From assembly GCA_041652155.1 (NCBI GenBank), contig JBAZHV010000002.1:1-56426 (forward strand): a stretch of DNA of 56,426 nt, in the 5' to 3' direction. The stretch's first letter is position 1. The number at the start of each line of letters is the position of its first letter. The DNA comes from Minisyncoccota bacterium (GTDB lineage Bacteria; Patescibacteriota; Minisyncoccia; Minisyncoccales; JAQTVQ01). Of this stretch, positions 36,624-47,381 are shown one piece after another. The position numbers and the translations under genes are program-made. A model generated the notes under the pieces. The model saw only the letters and a program-made list of their open reading frames with translations. It did no database searches and was not told the DNA's origin.

Positions 36624-37808
36624 TTACGCTTTTCCGTTCCCGTTCCCGGACAATATTTCGATCCCCGGAAGGACGTCTCCGGACAGGAAATCGAGCATAG
36701 CTCCCCCTCCCGTGGAAACATGGTTGAAGCTGTTCAGCATCCCGACCCTGGAAACGAACTCTATCGTTTCTCCGCCGCCAATGACCGTAAACGCGCCGCT
36801 CTGCGCGATAGCCTTGGCGATTTCCAAACTGGATTTGTCGAAAGGCCTTATCTCGGAATAACCCAGCGGACCGTTCCAAACGATCATCTTCGCCGAGGCG
36901 ATGATCCGGTTGAAAGACTCCACTGTCTCCGGGCCCACATCGAATATCTCTTCATCTCTGCGCACCGTTCCGACAGCTCCCGTTCGCAAGTATTTTTCAT
37001 CAAGCTTGGCCAGAGACATCACTCCATCGATGGGCAGGTGCAGTTTGGGACTGGTCAAATTGATAGAATCCACTTCTTTCAAAACTTCCTCGGCTTCCGC
37101 CGGCAATGGATCGCGGACGCAAATGCCTTTGATGGCTAGGATCGTATTGGCAATCTTCCCTCCAAGAAGCAAATGGTCTGATTTGGTGAAAAACTTTTTG
37201 ATGATCTTTATTTTCGTGTTGATCTTGGCTCCGCCGATGATCGCCACCAAAGGCCGCGCCGGATCTTCCATGATCTTGGTCAGAACCTCAACCTCTCTTT
37301 CCACCAGCAACCCCGCTCCGGATTCTAAAAATTCAGGTATCCCGACCACCGAAGCATGCCTGCGATGGCAAACGCCGAATCCGTCCTGAATAAAAATATC
37401 AGCCAATTTGGAAAGCTTTTTGGCAAACTCGATATCATTCTCTTTCTCTTCTTTGTAAAATCTCAAATTCTCCAAAAGAAGAACTTGCCTCCTGTCCATC
37501 TGGCTAACGGCTTTCTCCGCCTCCGGACCGATGCAATCTCCCGCGAATTTGACCTCCTGCCCAAGCAGCTTTGAAAGCTCTTCTGCTACGGGTTTCAAGC
37601 TATATTTCGGATCTTTTCCTTTCGGCTCGCCAAGATGGCTTATCAAAATTATCTTTGCGTTCTTGGCTATCAGGTATTGGATGGTGGGCAATGTCTTTTT
37701 TATCCTGAAGTTGTCGGAGACGCGCCCCTTGTCGTCCAAAGGCACATTAAAATCGCAGCGCACCAAAACTTTCCGGTCTCTAACGTCTATTTGCCTGATC
37801 GTTTTCAT
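36624..37808 (-). CDS. pgk: Phosphoglycerate kinase
   Basis: VLVRCDFNVPLDD N-terminal motif and full-length PGK. Confidence 0.95.
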   Translation of the reverse strand: MKTIRQIDVRDRKVLVRCDFNVPLDDKGRVSDNFRIKKTLPTIQYLIAKNAKIILISHLGEPKGKDPKYSLKPVAEELSKLLGQEVKFAGDCIGPEAEKAVSQMDRRQVLLLENLRFYKEEKENDIEFAKKLSKLADIFIQDGFGVCHRRHASVVGIPEFLESGAGLLVEREVEVLTKIMEDPARPLVAIIGGAKINTKIKIIKKFFTKSDHLLLGGKIANTILAIKGICVRDPLPAEAEEVLKEVDSINLTSPKLHLPIDGVMSLAKLDEKYLRTGAVGTVRRDEEIFDVGPETVESFNRIIASAKMIVWNGPLGYSEIRPFDKSSLEIAKAIAQSGAFTVIGGGETIEFVSRVGMLNSFNHVSTGGGAMLDFLSGDVLPGIEILSGNGNGKA

Positions 37809-37910
37809 AAGCCGTCATCGCCAAAACTTTATCGCGGCCGCGGTCTGCCGCAGATGAAATGCTGGCGTATATATTTTCCTCTGTCCCGAAAAAGACACAG
37901 GAAAAACTTA

Positions 37911-39824
37911 TTAAAATTTAACCACTTGGCCCGGATCTATTTTGCCGGTCTTGCTTTTTTTATCCGATTCGCAGAACTCTTCCTCGTCTTGGCCCTCGAA
38001 TATGATCTTTTCATCTTCGATATTATCTCCATCTATAGCATCCGATCCTTCATCTCTTTGGCCGCCTTGGTCTTCCATCTCGATGGAATCTTCTTCGGGC
38101 TCTTCCTTTTCCTCTTTATTCTTGTTAACGATGTCTTTCAAAACCGAACGCAGATCGTCGAGCTTGATCTCTTTTTTCTTTTTTTTGTATTTTTCATCTT
38201 CGCCGCCATTGGCTTGCGCCGGATCTTCTTTCTTTTTGGCGTTAGGATTGAAAAGAACCGGATCTCCCTGCGTAGCTTCAGCCAAAGAAAGGCCTCCTCC
38301 GGCTAATCCGTTGAAGGTTCTTTTTTGGCCGGTCAGCCGGGCTTCCAGCCTTTCTTTCTCGATGCGTTTTCTGCAAGCCGGGCACAAAACAGGCCTTTTC
38401 CCGTCGGGCTTGAATGTTACGCGAATTTTTTTCTTGCAAATGTCGCATTGGGCGTCGTAAAGTTCAAACGGTCCCTCGGACTGCTTTTGGCGCTGCTGGC
38501 CGGGGCCTTTTTCCTCTTCCGTGATCGCGAGCTGGGCCAGATTGGCAATATCGTTTTCAACTGTCTTTTTCGGATTGCTGTAGGTTTTGCGCGACCAATC
38601 GATGATCTCGTTTTTAAAAGATCTCAAGGGCTTGATCTCCGGAAGCAAGGTCTGGGCGGAAAAAGGCCTCGACGACACCCCGTCGATCATCAGCTTGACG
38701 TAAATATTATATTTGGACAGGTTCACCAGATCGGTTGCCATAAATTCCGGAGAGAACTCCTTCTCCAAAAATTCCGCGTCCTCGGCTCCCACTCGAAAAA
38801 GTATCATCGTGCCGACGTTGCCGAAAACAGCGTCTTTGACCTTGCTGTTCCTCCCGCTTCCCGTTCCATCTTCCAATTGCGAGAGATACTGGTTGGCCAG
38901 GATCAGGTCCAAACGGTACTTGCGGGCCTCGGACAAAATGTTGATGAAAGATTCTGTCGCGAAATTCTGGAACTCGTCAACATACATATAGAAATCTTTT
39001 CTTTGCTCTTCGTCTATCTCCACTCTGGACATCGCGGCCAATTGCAATTTGGTGATCAATAAAGCGCCCAAAAGGCGCGAGTTATCCTCGCCCATCAAAC
39101 CTTTGGAAAGGTTCATTATCAATATTTTCTTGCCGTCCATTATCTCGCGCATATTGATGGTGGACTTCGGCTGGCCGATGATATTTCTGATAAGCGGAGC
39201 CGAAACAAACTGGCCGATCTTGTTTTGGATGGCCGCCGTGGCTTCGACTTCGTATTTTTGCGCATAACGGGCGAACTCTTTCACCCAAAAAGCTTTGACC
39301 ACCGGATCTTGCAGTTTTTCAACCACTTCCTGCCTCCATTCCGCGTCGGAAAAAAGGCGGTTGATAGAGAGCAAAGTCGAGTCCGGAACTTCGAGCAAGG
39401 CCAAAATAGCGTTGTTTAAAATATATTCCATTCTGGCGGACCAAACGTCCGGCCAGATCTTTTTGAAAACGCCCATCAAACCGCCCGCAACCAAATGGCG
39501 GTATTCAAGGGCCACGTTTTCCATAATGTTAAAAGCGATGGGCCAATCCAGATCGGACGGATTGAAATAGACCACGTCTTTAATGCGGTCTTGAGGCACA
39601 AAATCCAAAAGGTCCATTGATGCTTCTCCGTGCGGATCTATAAAACCGATCCCCTTGCCGTCCTTGATATCCTGGACAGCCATATTCTTAAGCATCTCCG
39701 TCTTGCCCATGCCGGTCTTGCCTACCACATAGAGATGGCGGCGGCGGTCATCGGTCTTTATGCCGAACTTTTTGGACTGGTTGCGAAAATTGGTTTGAGC
39801 AAAAAAATTTATCTGTTTGTCCAT
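37911..39824 (-). CDS. VirD4/TraD/TraG-like P-loop ATPase lacking an N-terminal TM domain. It has a C-terminal CxxC...CxxC zinc ribbon and a long acidic/lysine-rich tail.
   Basis: Walker A is VVGKTGMGKTEM and Walker B-like is FYMYVDEFQNF. The zinc ribbon is CDICKKKIRVTFKPDGKRPVLCPACRKR. Confidence 0.7.
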   Translation of the reverse strand: MDKQINFFAQTNFRNQSKKFGIKTDDRRRHLYVVGKTGMGKTEMLKNMAVQDIKDGKGIGFIDPHGEASMDLLDFVPQDRIKDVVYFNPSDLDWPIAFNIMENVALEYRHLVAGGLMGVFKKIWPDVWSARMEYILNNAILALLEVPDSTLLSINRLFSDAEWRQEVVEKLQDPVVKAFWVKEFARYAQKYEVEATAAIQNKIGQFVSAPLIRNIIGQPKSTINMREIMDGKKILIMNLSKGLMGEDNSRLLGALLITKLQLAAMSRVEIDEEQRKDFYMYVDEFQNFATESFINILSEARKYRLDLILANQYLSQLEDGTGSGRNSKVKDAVFGNVGTMILFRVGAEDAEFLEKEFSPEFMATDLVNLSKYNIYVKLMIDGVSSRPFSAQTLLPEIKPLRSFKNEIIDWSRKTYSNPKKTVENDIANLAQLAITEEEKGPGQQRQKQSEGPFELYDAQCDICKKKIRVTFKPDGKRPVLCPACRKRIEKERLEARLTGQKRTFNGLAGGGLSLAEATQGDPVLFNPNAKKKEDPAQANGGEDEKYKKKKKEIKLDDLRSVLKDIVNKNKEEKEEPEEDSIEMEDQGGQRDEGSDAIDGDNIEDEKIIFEGQDEEEFCESDKKSKTGKIDPGQVVKF

Positions 39825-39953
39825 TTCTGCTTTTGAAGAAATTAACGGCTTTGTAAAAATATGTCCGAGAGGACAAATTCTGAAAACCTCTAAAAGACGC
39901 TGCCTTTATAAGCGCGATAAAAATCGGGCTTAGAGGTTTTTAATATATTACCA

Positions 39954-41273
39954 TTATTCTGTCGGCAATTCCAAGGGAGCTATGCCTTTTTTGGTGGCGA
40001 TCCTGGGCATTATCGAACCGGGGATGGATAAAATGCCGGGGAAATGGAAAAGAGTGGCCATTTCTTCGGTATTCAAGATAAAGGTCGAGCCGCTGGCCGG
40101 CTTGCGCTTCAAGTAATTTCCGAACATATCTTTTTTGCGCAGATAAGTTTTCTGTTCCGCGAACAAAGCGAAAGCCGGAGCTCTTACCGAAGTCGCGCCG
40201 AAAGATTTGATGGCATTAAGGCTTTGAGTGGCAAACTGGGCCAGAAAGATAGCCGGGATGGTTTTTGAAGAACTGGAAAAAACATCTTTTTTCGCAACGT
40301 AAACCGCTCTTATCCCGACCGAATAAGCGCATTTGGAGACTTTATCTTCGATCGCTTTCAAAACATCCTTTTCTCCGGACGTCAGATGAGGCGTTTCCGC
40401 CGCCGCCGCTGTCGGTCCGCCGGGGATATCTCCAAAAGCCGCGAAGTCAAAAGCCTCTTGGATAAGCGGTTTGAAAACCGTCTTTCCTGGCCGCTTCATT
40501 ATTTTATTCACTTCTTCTTTTCCGCGATCGACATAATTATTATCGTCGTTAGAGACGGGGGTTATCATAAATTGCATCCATATCTGCTCCCCTTTTTCCA
40601 AACGGACCATTCCTTCTATAAGCGAAGAAAGAGGATCTATCCTTTCCCCTTCTTCGAGCCCCTGGCTCTCTTCAAAAAATTGGCTGTAAGTTTTTATAGG
40701 GTAAACATCCGGCCTGGCGAGAGTGTAATCCGATCCCCATACGTCCCATTCTTTGTTGGGAATGTCCGCCGGAACATCCTTGGCGTAATCAGGAACTTCG
40801 CATATCTCGATGCCGGCGTATTGGGAGTATATCGCCGATTCTATGGCCTTTCTCAATCCTTTAAGAACTCGAATATAAAAATGGGGGTTGCCGTCCACGC
40901 TGGCTATTTCCAAAGAAAAACCGACCGGAACTTTTCCGTCGATCCATTTGTCTTTGAAGCCGCTTGGAGAATCGCGAGTGCCGAACAAATTGGAAAAAAC
41001 ATTTTCCATAGCCTTAATGGGCTTCAGTTCTTCACGGGGTATCTTCAACTCCAAAGTAACAAATTCCAATTTGTCCGCCCATATGCCCTGGATAAAATCC
41101 AAATACTGCCCCTTCACAATACTAAAGAGGATGAACGGCGGAATGATCCACCAAAAAAGTTTGAGAATTTCCCAAAGGAACAGAAAATAAGGAACGCTAG
41201 CCGCGATCGCCGCCGAAGCGAATGGAGCAATGGGCTGGGGAAGAGATTGTAATATTGTTTGGTCCAAGGCCAT
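39954..41273 (-). CDS. Hypothetical membrane protein encoded directly upstream of the VirD4-like ATPase
   Basis: N-terminal TM helices (ASAAIAASVPYFLFLWEILKLFWWIIPPFILF) followed by a soluble domain of about 370 aa. No motif was recognised. Confidence 0.6.
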   Translation of the reverse strand: MALDQTILQSLPQPIAPFASAAIAASVPYFLFLWEILKLFWWIIPPFILFSIVKGQYLDFIQGIWADKLEFVTLELKIPREELKPIKAMENVFSNLFGTRDSPSGFKDKWIDGKVPVGFSLEIASVDGNPHFYIRVLKGLRKAIESAIYSQYAGIEICEVPDYAKDVPADIPNKEWDVWGSDYTLARPDVYPIKTYSQFFEESQGLEEGERIDPLSSLIEGMVRLEKGEQIWMQFMITPVSNDDNNYVDRGKEEVNKIMKRPGKTVFKPLIQEAFDFAAFGDIPGGPTAAAAETPHLTSGEKDVLKAIEDKVSKCAYSVGIRAVYVAKKDVFSSSSKTIPAIFLAQFATQSLNAIKSFGATSVRAPAFALFAEQKTYLRKKDMFGNYLKRKPASGSTFILNTEEMATLFHFPGILSIPGSIMPRIATKKGIAPLELPTE

Positions 41274-41282
41274 TTAAAGCTT

Positions 41283-42347
41283 TTAAGCTTCCCGGACCTG
41301 ATATCTGCCCGAGTCGTCTTTAGCAAAAAGATTTTTATTGCGCAGGCTTGAAAGAATAGTTGATTCTTTAACGGCTCTTTGCTTTCCCACCGCATGGATG
41401 ATCTCTTCTTTGGCTAACGGCATAGGAGAATCTTTCAGCACTTTGGCAATGATATCCTTGACCTGTCCCGGCTCGTATCCCCATCCTCTCAAAGCATACA
41501 TTCCGCGGCCGACAAGAACAAAATTATTGCTCTTTATCAATTCATTGTGAACCGTCTGAATATGAGGAGAAAGTTTTTTAACGTTGGGAAGCTGCGAGTT
41601 CAAATCTTCGATCAAGCGCGATATGTCCTGAAAATGCAGAGGCTTGTTCTCGCGTTTCAAAACCATATCTATTTTGTCTTTGATGGTTTTGGGATTGACT
41701 TCCGCCCAAGCGGCAAGCCCCCATTTCCGATCAATAGTTTTGGACAATTTAGCCGACGCGCCCAGATAAGAAAGAACCGCTTCTTTGGCCAGATCGTCTT
41801 TAAGCTCGCTCTTCAATTCTTTTTCGTAGACATCAAGCACCTCCTGCTCGCTTAAGGTTCTTCCCATCTCGCTGAATTTTTTCTCGAAAGCTTGGTCCAG
41901 TTTTTTGGCCAGCTCGAATGTCTTCGGGCCGGTCGTCCAAACAGGATAAAAATTGCTGTCGGAATCCATTCTCTTGAAATTTTGGCTCAAAGACAGAACG
42001 AAATAAGCGAAATTTCCTTCGTCTTTGGAAGCTAAAGCTTCCAATATCCTGTCCTCTCTCATCAAATTTCCATTCTGCCCGATAACGTCGAATATCTGTT
42101 TTTCCAAGTCTTTGAAAGAAGATTCGTATTTCGAAGTTTTTATTTTCTCTTTCAAATTTTTGACCGTATCGTTTTCTATCTGCCTGACGCGCTCGCGGGT
42201 CACATTGTAGTCGCGGCCTATGGCCTCCAATGTTTCCATTTTTTTGCTTCCGGTCAAACCGAACCTGCGCGAAACTACCTCTTTATTGCGCGGAGGAAAG
42301 CTCTCTAACAGTTTCAAAGAAAATTTTTTGAAATTTTGGTTGTTCAT
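41283..42347 (-). CDS. Sigma-70 region-4-like HTH protein with additional winged-helix (HARE-HTH-like) regions
   Basis: LEAIGRDYNVTRERVRQIENDTVKNLK matches sigma region 4. Confidence 0.6.
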   Translation of the reverse strand: MNNQNFKKFSLKLLESFPPRNKEVVSRRFGLTGSKKMETLEAIGRDYNVTRERVRQIENDTVKNLKEKIKTSKYESSFKDLEKQIFDVIGQNGNLMREDRILEALASKDEGNFAYFVLSLSQNFKRMDSDSNFYPVWTTGPKTFELAKKLDQAFEKKFSEMGRTLSEQEVLDVYEKELKSELKDDLAKEAVLSYLGASAKLSKTIDRKWGLAAWAEVNPKTIKDKIDMVLKRENKPLHFQDISRLIEDLNSQLPNVKKLSPHIQTVHNELIKSNNFVLVGRGMYALRGWGYEPGQVKDIIAKVLKDSPMPLAKEEIIHAVGKQRAVKESTILSSLRNKNLFAKDDSGRYQVREA

Positions 42348-42405
42348 GCTTCCTGAATTATAATACTTTTAAGTATTTTTGTCAATAATTAGCTCGTTAG
42401 ACCGG

Positions 42406-43320
42406 TTATTTGCCCGCTTTTTTTGCTTTTCTATTGCGATAATTCAGCCAAAAAACCAATATCTGCGTGGCTAAAAATATGGAAGAATAAGTACCTGTAA
42501 CGATCCCCAAGATCAAAGCAAGAGAGAAATATTTCAAAGCCGCGCCGCTCAAGAAGTACATCGCGAACAAAGGAAACAGAACAGCCAAAGAGGTATTGAT
42601 CTGGCGGCTTAGAGTTTGATTGATGGAAAGATTGGCCACTTCCTCGAAATTACCTCCCCTGACGCCCCTTAAGAGATTCTCTCTGGTGCGGTCATAAACG
42701 ACGATCACGTTGTTGATGGCATAGCCTACGACAGTCAACAGGGCGGTTATGATGGATATGGTCACCTGCACATCGTAATACTTTCCCAGTACCGAGAATA
42801 CCGCCAACGGAACCAAAACGTCGTGGCCGAGGATAAAAAATGATGCCAAGCCGTAAACCCAAGGGCTGATCGGTCCGGGTATGTTTTTAAAAGCTATTGC
42901 GATGTATAAAAGCATCGCGGCCAAAGAAACTATGACCAAAATTATCGTTTTCTGGAACAGCTCCTTGCCGACCACCGGTCCGATAGCTTCGAAGCTTTGT
43001 TCGACAAAAGTCCCGGTATCTTTAAGGGCGTTGGTCAAATTTTGATGCGCGTCATTATTCGTTGATTGGGTTCTGATGACAAATCCTTTGTCGCCTATGG
43101 GCTGGACGGTGGCATCTTTGAAATTCGCCGCCGCCAATTTTCCCTGGATAACATCAGCGGAAGGGCGGTTGTCGCTATATTGCAATTCCAAAACGCTGCC
43201 GCCGGTAAACTCGATGCTTGGCTTTAAGGGAAAAACGAATAATAAAGCGATGCAGGCTGTTATCACCAACGCGGAAAAAACGAAAAAGATATTTTTGTAT
43301 TTGAGAAAGTTGATCATCAT
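42406..43320 (-). CDS. secF: Protein translocase subunit SecF
   Basis: Six-TM SecF pattern, directly after secD. Confidence 0.9.
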   Translation of the reverse strand: MMINFLKYKNIFFVFSALVITACIALLFVFPLKPSIEFTGGSVLELQYSDNRPSADVIQGKLAAANFKDATVQPIGDKGFVIRTQSTNNDAHQNLTNALKDTGTFVEQSFEAIGPVVGKELFQKTIILVIVSLAAMLLYIAIAFKNIPGPISPWVYGLASFFILGHDVLVPLAVFSVLGKYYDVQVTISIITALLTVVGYAINNVIVVYDRTRENLLRGVRGGNFEEVANLSINQTLSRQINTSLAVLFPLFAMYFLSGAALKYFSLALILGIVTGTYSSIFLATQILVFWLNYRNRKAKKAGK

Positions 43321-43324
43321 ATGG

Positions 43325-44755
43325 TTATTTCCAAAGCCAAGTTATTTTTTCTAATTTCGTCCCCACAAACAATCTTAACATGCTTCTGGTGACGATTATC
43401 GCGGAAAACATCGAAAGCAAAATACCGATATTCAAAGTGGTGGCGAAGCCTTTCACGAAACTGGTTCCCAAAAACAAGAGAATGAAACCTACCAGCAAGG
43501 TCGTGGCATTGCCGTCGCGAATGGCAGGCCAAGCTCGGCTGAAACCTTCTTCCACGCTTTGCCCGAAATTCTTTCCGTTCGAAAGCTCTTCTTTCATTCT
43601 TGTAAAGATCAAAACATTGGCATCGATCGCCATACCGATCGAGAGGATGACCCCTCCGATGCCGGCCAAAGTCAAAGTCACCGATATCAATTTGAATATG
43701 GCCAGCAAAAGGAACCCATAGAAAACCAAAGCGATCGAGGCCAGCAATCCCGGTAATCTGTAGTAAACAACCATGAAAATAACGATGAGCAAAAGCCCGA
43801 TAAGACCCGCCTTCAGCGTATCGTTCAAAGAAACCATTCCCAAGGTCGGACCGATCTTGCTTTCGCTTATGGGACTTCCGATCTTGACCGGCAAAGCTCC
43901 CTGATTCAATCTGGAAACGATCGTTCTGGCGGTCTCGGCGCTCTCTTCTCCTGTGATCACCGCCTTTCCGTCGCTGATCTTGTTGAGAACTTTCGGGGCA
44001 TAAATGCCTCCCTCTCCCACATCAATGATCGATTTTCCGTCTAAAAATATGGCCAAGGTCTTGCCGACATTCCTTTCCGTGACCTGCTCGAATATCTTGG
44101 CGCCATCCGCGTTGAATTCGATGTCTATTTCAGGCTGGCTGCCGGTTTGGCTGTAAGACAAGACAGCTTTTTTGAAGTAGCGGCTGTCCAATTCCGTTGT
44201 CTTGTAGTAAGCATTCTTGATATTGCCGTTCTCGTCTAATAACGAAAGAAAATCAGGGTCCTGTATCAGTTCATCCCCTTTTTTGCCTTGCAATTTTTTA
44301 AGAGAGTCTATGATCTGCTGCGTTTCTTCTTCGGACCTTTCTTCCAAAAATTGCAGCCAAGGTGTTTGGCCGATCCATTGTTTAGCTTCGTCTATATTGT
44401 CTATACCAGGCAATTCAACCATCAAACGATTCTCTCCGGAAACCGTGATCTGCGGTTCGGCCACGCCAAAAGTGTTTACTCTGCGCTCGATAACATCTTT
44501 CAATCCCGCCATCGCCTCGGTGCGGTCCGCGGCGGCAACGTTGCTCAGATCGGCTTGATACTCCAAACGGACGCCTCCTTTCAAGTCCAAACCCATTCTA
44601 AATCCGCTCTCCGGAACCTGGGCGATCTTCCAGCCGGTCTTTTCGTCAGCCCATTTGATCCCTTGGTTCAGGTATCGGGGAAAACAAAAAAATCCAGCAA
44701 CTGCCGTCAAGATGATGATAAAAAGCAAGCTCAGGACTGTAATTTTCTTAGACAT
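43325..44755 (-). CDS. secD: Protein translocase subunit SecD
   Basis: GLDLKGGVRLEYQ motif and C-terminal TM bundle. Confidence 0.9.
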   Translation of the reverse strand: MSKKITVLSLLFIIILTAVAGFFCFPRYLNQGIKWADEKTGWKIAQVPESGFRMGLDLKGGVRLEYQADLSNVAAADRTEAMAGLKDVIERRVNTFGVAEPQITVSGENRLMVELPGIDNIDEAKQWIGQTPWLQFLEERSEEETQQIIDSLKKLQGKKGDELIQDPDFLSLLDENGNIKNAYYKTTELDSRYFKKAVLSYSQTGSQPEIDIEFNADGAKIFEQVTERNVGKTLAIFLDGKSIIDVGEGGIYAPKVLNKISDGKAVITGEESAETARTIVSRLNQGALPVKIGSPISESKIGPTLGMVSLNDTLKAGLIGLLLIVIFMVVYYRLPGLLASIALVFYGFLLLAIFKLISVTLTLAGIGGVILSIGMAIDANVLIFTRMKEELSNGKNFGQSVEEGFSRAWPAIRDGNATTLLVGFILLFLGTSFVKGFATTLNIGILLSMFSAIIVTRSMLRLFVGTKLEKITWLWK

Positions 44756-44885
44756 CTTTTTTTCACTATAAACTTAATTTATTATTCGGTCAAACGCGGC
44801 TTTAAAATATTTTATTGCGGCGATTGCGATTTTTTTACAATCAGAGCCCGCCCGTCGTAAACGGGCGAGCTTATTGCGAACGGCG

Positions 44886-47381
44886 TCACGCGCCGTGGCA
44901 CTTTTTGTATTTTATGGGATTGCCCGTCTGCTGGTCTATCTTGCCGCACGGACAAGGATCATTGCGTCCGGGTTTTGATCCTGAATTCTGATTGGAGATT
45001 TTAGCATCAACCTCCCCTTTTGGCAACCCTGGATTTTGAGGCTTGGCGGCCAGTGATGCCTGTCCCGAAGGAGGCCTCGGACTGCTTTTCATAATGGAAT
45101 TGGCTGCCGTTGTTTCCATCGTGCCCAAAAGTTCCTGGAACATTCTATGCCCCTCGCTCTTGTATTCGACCAACGGATCTCTTTGGCCGTAAGCTCTCAA
45201 ACGGACAGAGTCTCTTAGGCTTTCCATATTTTCCAAATGCTCGACCCAGAGCATATCGAACACTCTCAACAAAATATTTTTTTCGACTTGGCGCATCGTC
45301 TCGGCTCCGAACTCGCTTTCTTTTTTAGTATGATCATCGGCCGAAAATCCGGCCTTGCCGAATATCTCCAAAACATAATTTTTGAGATCTTCGGGTTCCT
45401 TTGTTATTATATCTTTTCTCTTCTGGTAATAGACTTCTCTGTGCTTGTTCAGAACATCGTCATAGTCGAGAAGATGTTTGCGGGAATCGAAGTTTATACC
45501 TTCGACTTTGGATTGCGCCGACTCGATGCTTCTACTGATGATCCCGTTCTCGAGAGGCAGATCGTCCGGAAGGTTAAACCTCTCCATCAGCGCTTTCATA
45601 TTGTCTCCTCCGAAAATGCGCATCAAATCGTCGTCCAAAGAAACGAAGAATTGGGTCGATCCCGGATCGCCCTGCCTGCCTGCGCGTCCGCGAAGCTGGT
45701 TATCGATCCTGCGCGCCTCGTGGCGTTCGGTGCCGATAATGCGCAAGCCTCCAAGTTCGCGCACTTTTTCGGCCTCTTCGGGGTCGGACGGATTTCCGCC
45801 GAGCAAAATATCGACTCCTCTGCCGGCCATATTGGTCGCGATGGTGATCGCGCCTAATTTTCCGGCTTGGGCGATGATCTGGCCTTCGCGCTCATGGTTC
45901 TTCGCGTTCAAAACTTCGAAAGGAACTCCCGTCTTTCTTTCCAATATTTTGGCCAACAATTCATTTTTTTGTATCGAGGTGGTGCCGACCAGAACCGGCT
46001 GGCCTCTTTTATTGCACTGTTCGATCTCTTCGGCCACGGCTTTGAACTTGGCCAATTCCGTTTTATAAATACGGTCCGGCAGGTCCTGCCTTACAAGTTT
46101 TTTGTTGGTCGGGATGACCGTGCTTTCCAGGCCGTAGACCTTGTCGAATTCTTCCGCAGATGTGGCCGCGGTTCCGGTCATTCCTCCGATCTTTTTATAC
46201 ATCCTGAAATAATTTTGAAAAGTGACGGTAGCCATCGTGATCGATTCGGGCTGGACCGCCACGCCTTCTTTGGCTTCGATGGCCTGGTGCAGGCCGCCTG
46301 ACCAGCGGCGTCCGGGCATCAAGCGTCCGGTGAACTGGTCGACAATAACGACCTCGCCGTCGCGGACGACATAATCGCGGTCTCTTTCAAAAAGGGTCTG
46401 GGCTCTTAAAGCCTGCTCCAAATAATGGAGATATTTTATTCCTTTGTCTTCATATATATTTTCCAAACCCAAGATCTTTTCGATCTTGGCGACCCCTTCT
46501 TCTTTCAGCGTCACCGCTTTAAGTTTTTCGTCTATATCGTAATCGCTTTTTGTGATCTGCGGGATGAGCTTGGCGAAATCTTTATACCAATTGGAGCTCT
46601 CCATATCGGGCGCGGAAATGATCAAAGGGGTTCTGGCTTCATCGATCAAAATGGAATCAACCTCATCGATGATCGCAAAATTCAAATCGCGCTGGACCTT
46701 GTCTTTCAGGTCGAAGACCATATTATCTTTGAGATAATCGAAACCGAATTCGTTGTTCGTTCCGTAAGTTATGTCCGCCTGATAAGCCTGCTGGCGGGTG
46801 CAGGGCCTTAGATAATCTTCTACTATATAGAAGGCTCCCAAATTGTCGCGCATCTTATCTTTTTCTTCCCCGTCTTTTTTGTAGGTCGGATCATAAATAA
46901 AAGACTGCTCGTGATTTATGCACGACACCGACAGGCCCAAAGCATCGTAGACCTGGCCCATCCAAACGCAATCGCGGCGGGAAAGGTAATCATTAACGGT
47001 AACCAGTTGGCAGCCTTTTTGCTCCAAAGCGTTCAGATAAAGCGGCAATGTGGCGGTCAAAGTTTTTCCCTCCCCTGTTTTCATTTCGGCGATGCGCCCC
47101 TGATGCAAAGCAATGCCTCCGATGAGCTGAACATCGAAGTGGCGCTGTTTGAGATTTCTTCTCGAAGCCTCTCTGACGGCGGCAAAAGCCCGGGGCAGAA
47201 TATCGTCCAGGGTTTTTCCGTTTTTTAATTCTTCCTTGAATTGTTCGGTCTTCAATTTCAGCTGTTCGTCCGAAAGACCTTCAAAATCTTTTGCAAGACT
47301 GTTGATCTGATCGATCGCCGGCTGTACTTTGTCAACGTATCTTTTGTTGGCGTCGCCTAAAATTTTGCTGAAAATGGACAT
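44886..47381 (-). CDS. secA: Preprotein translocase ATPase SecA
   Basis: MKTGEGKTLTATLP Walker A motif and C-terminal zinc motif CPCGK...KKCHG. Confidence 0.95.
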   Translation of the reverse strand: MSIFSKILGDANKRYVDKVQPAIDQINSLAKDFEGLSDEQLKLKTEQFKEELKNGKTLDDILPRAFAAVREASRRNLKQRHFDVQLIGGIALHQGRIAEMKTGEGKTLTATLPLYLNALEQKGCQLVTVNDYLSRRDCVWMGQVYDALGLSVSCINHEQSFIYDPTYKKDGEEKDKMRDNLGAFYIVEDYLRPCTRQQAYQADITYGTNNEFGFDYLKDNMVFDLKDKVQRDLNFAIIDEVDSILIDEARTPLIISAPDMESSNWYKDFAKLIPQITKSDYDIDEKLKAVTLKEEGVAKIEKILGLENIYEDKGIKYLHYLEQALRAQTLFERDRDYVVRDGEVVIVDQFTGRLMPGRRWSGGLHQAIEAKEGVAVQPESITMATVTFQNYFRMYKKIGGMTGTAATSAEEFDKVYGLESTVIPTNKKLVRQDLPDRIYKTELAKFKAVAEEIEQCNKRGQPVLVGTTSIQKNELLAKILERKTGVPFEVLNAKNHEREGQIIAQAGKLGAITIATNMAGRGVDILLGGNPSDPEEAEKVRELGGLRIIGTERHEARRIDNQLRGRAGRQGDPGSTQFFVSLDDDLMRIFGGDNMKALMERFNLPDDLPLENGIISRSIESAQSKVEGINFDSRKHLLDYDDVLNKHREVYYQKRKDIITKEPEDLKNYVLEIFGKAGFSADDHTKKESEFGAETMRQVEKNILLRVFDMLWVEHLENMESLRDSVRLRAYGQRDPLVEYKSEGHRMFQELLGTMETTAANSIMKSSPRPPSGQASLAAKPQNPGLPKGEVDAKISNQNSGSKPGRNDPCPCGKIDQQTGNPIKYKKCHGA

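Noticed and set aside
38325-39062. 245-aa plus-strand ORF, plus other plus-strand ORFs from 37635 to 39836
   Set aside because: They are antisense to the VirD4-like ATPase gene, which has clear Walker motifs.
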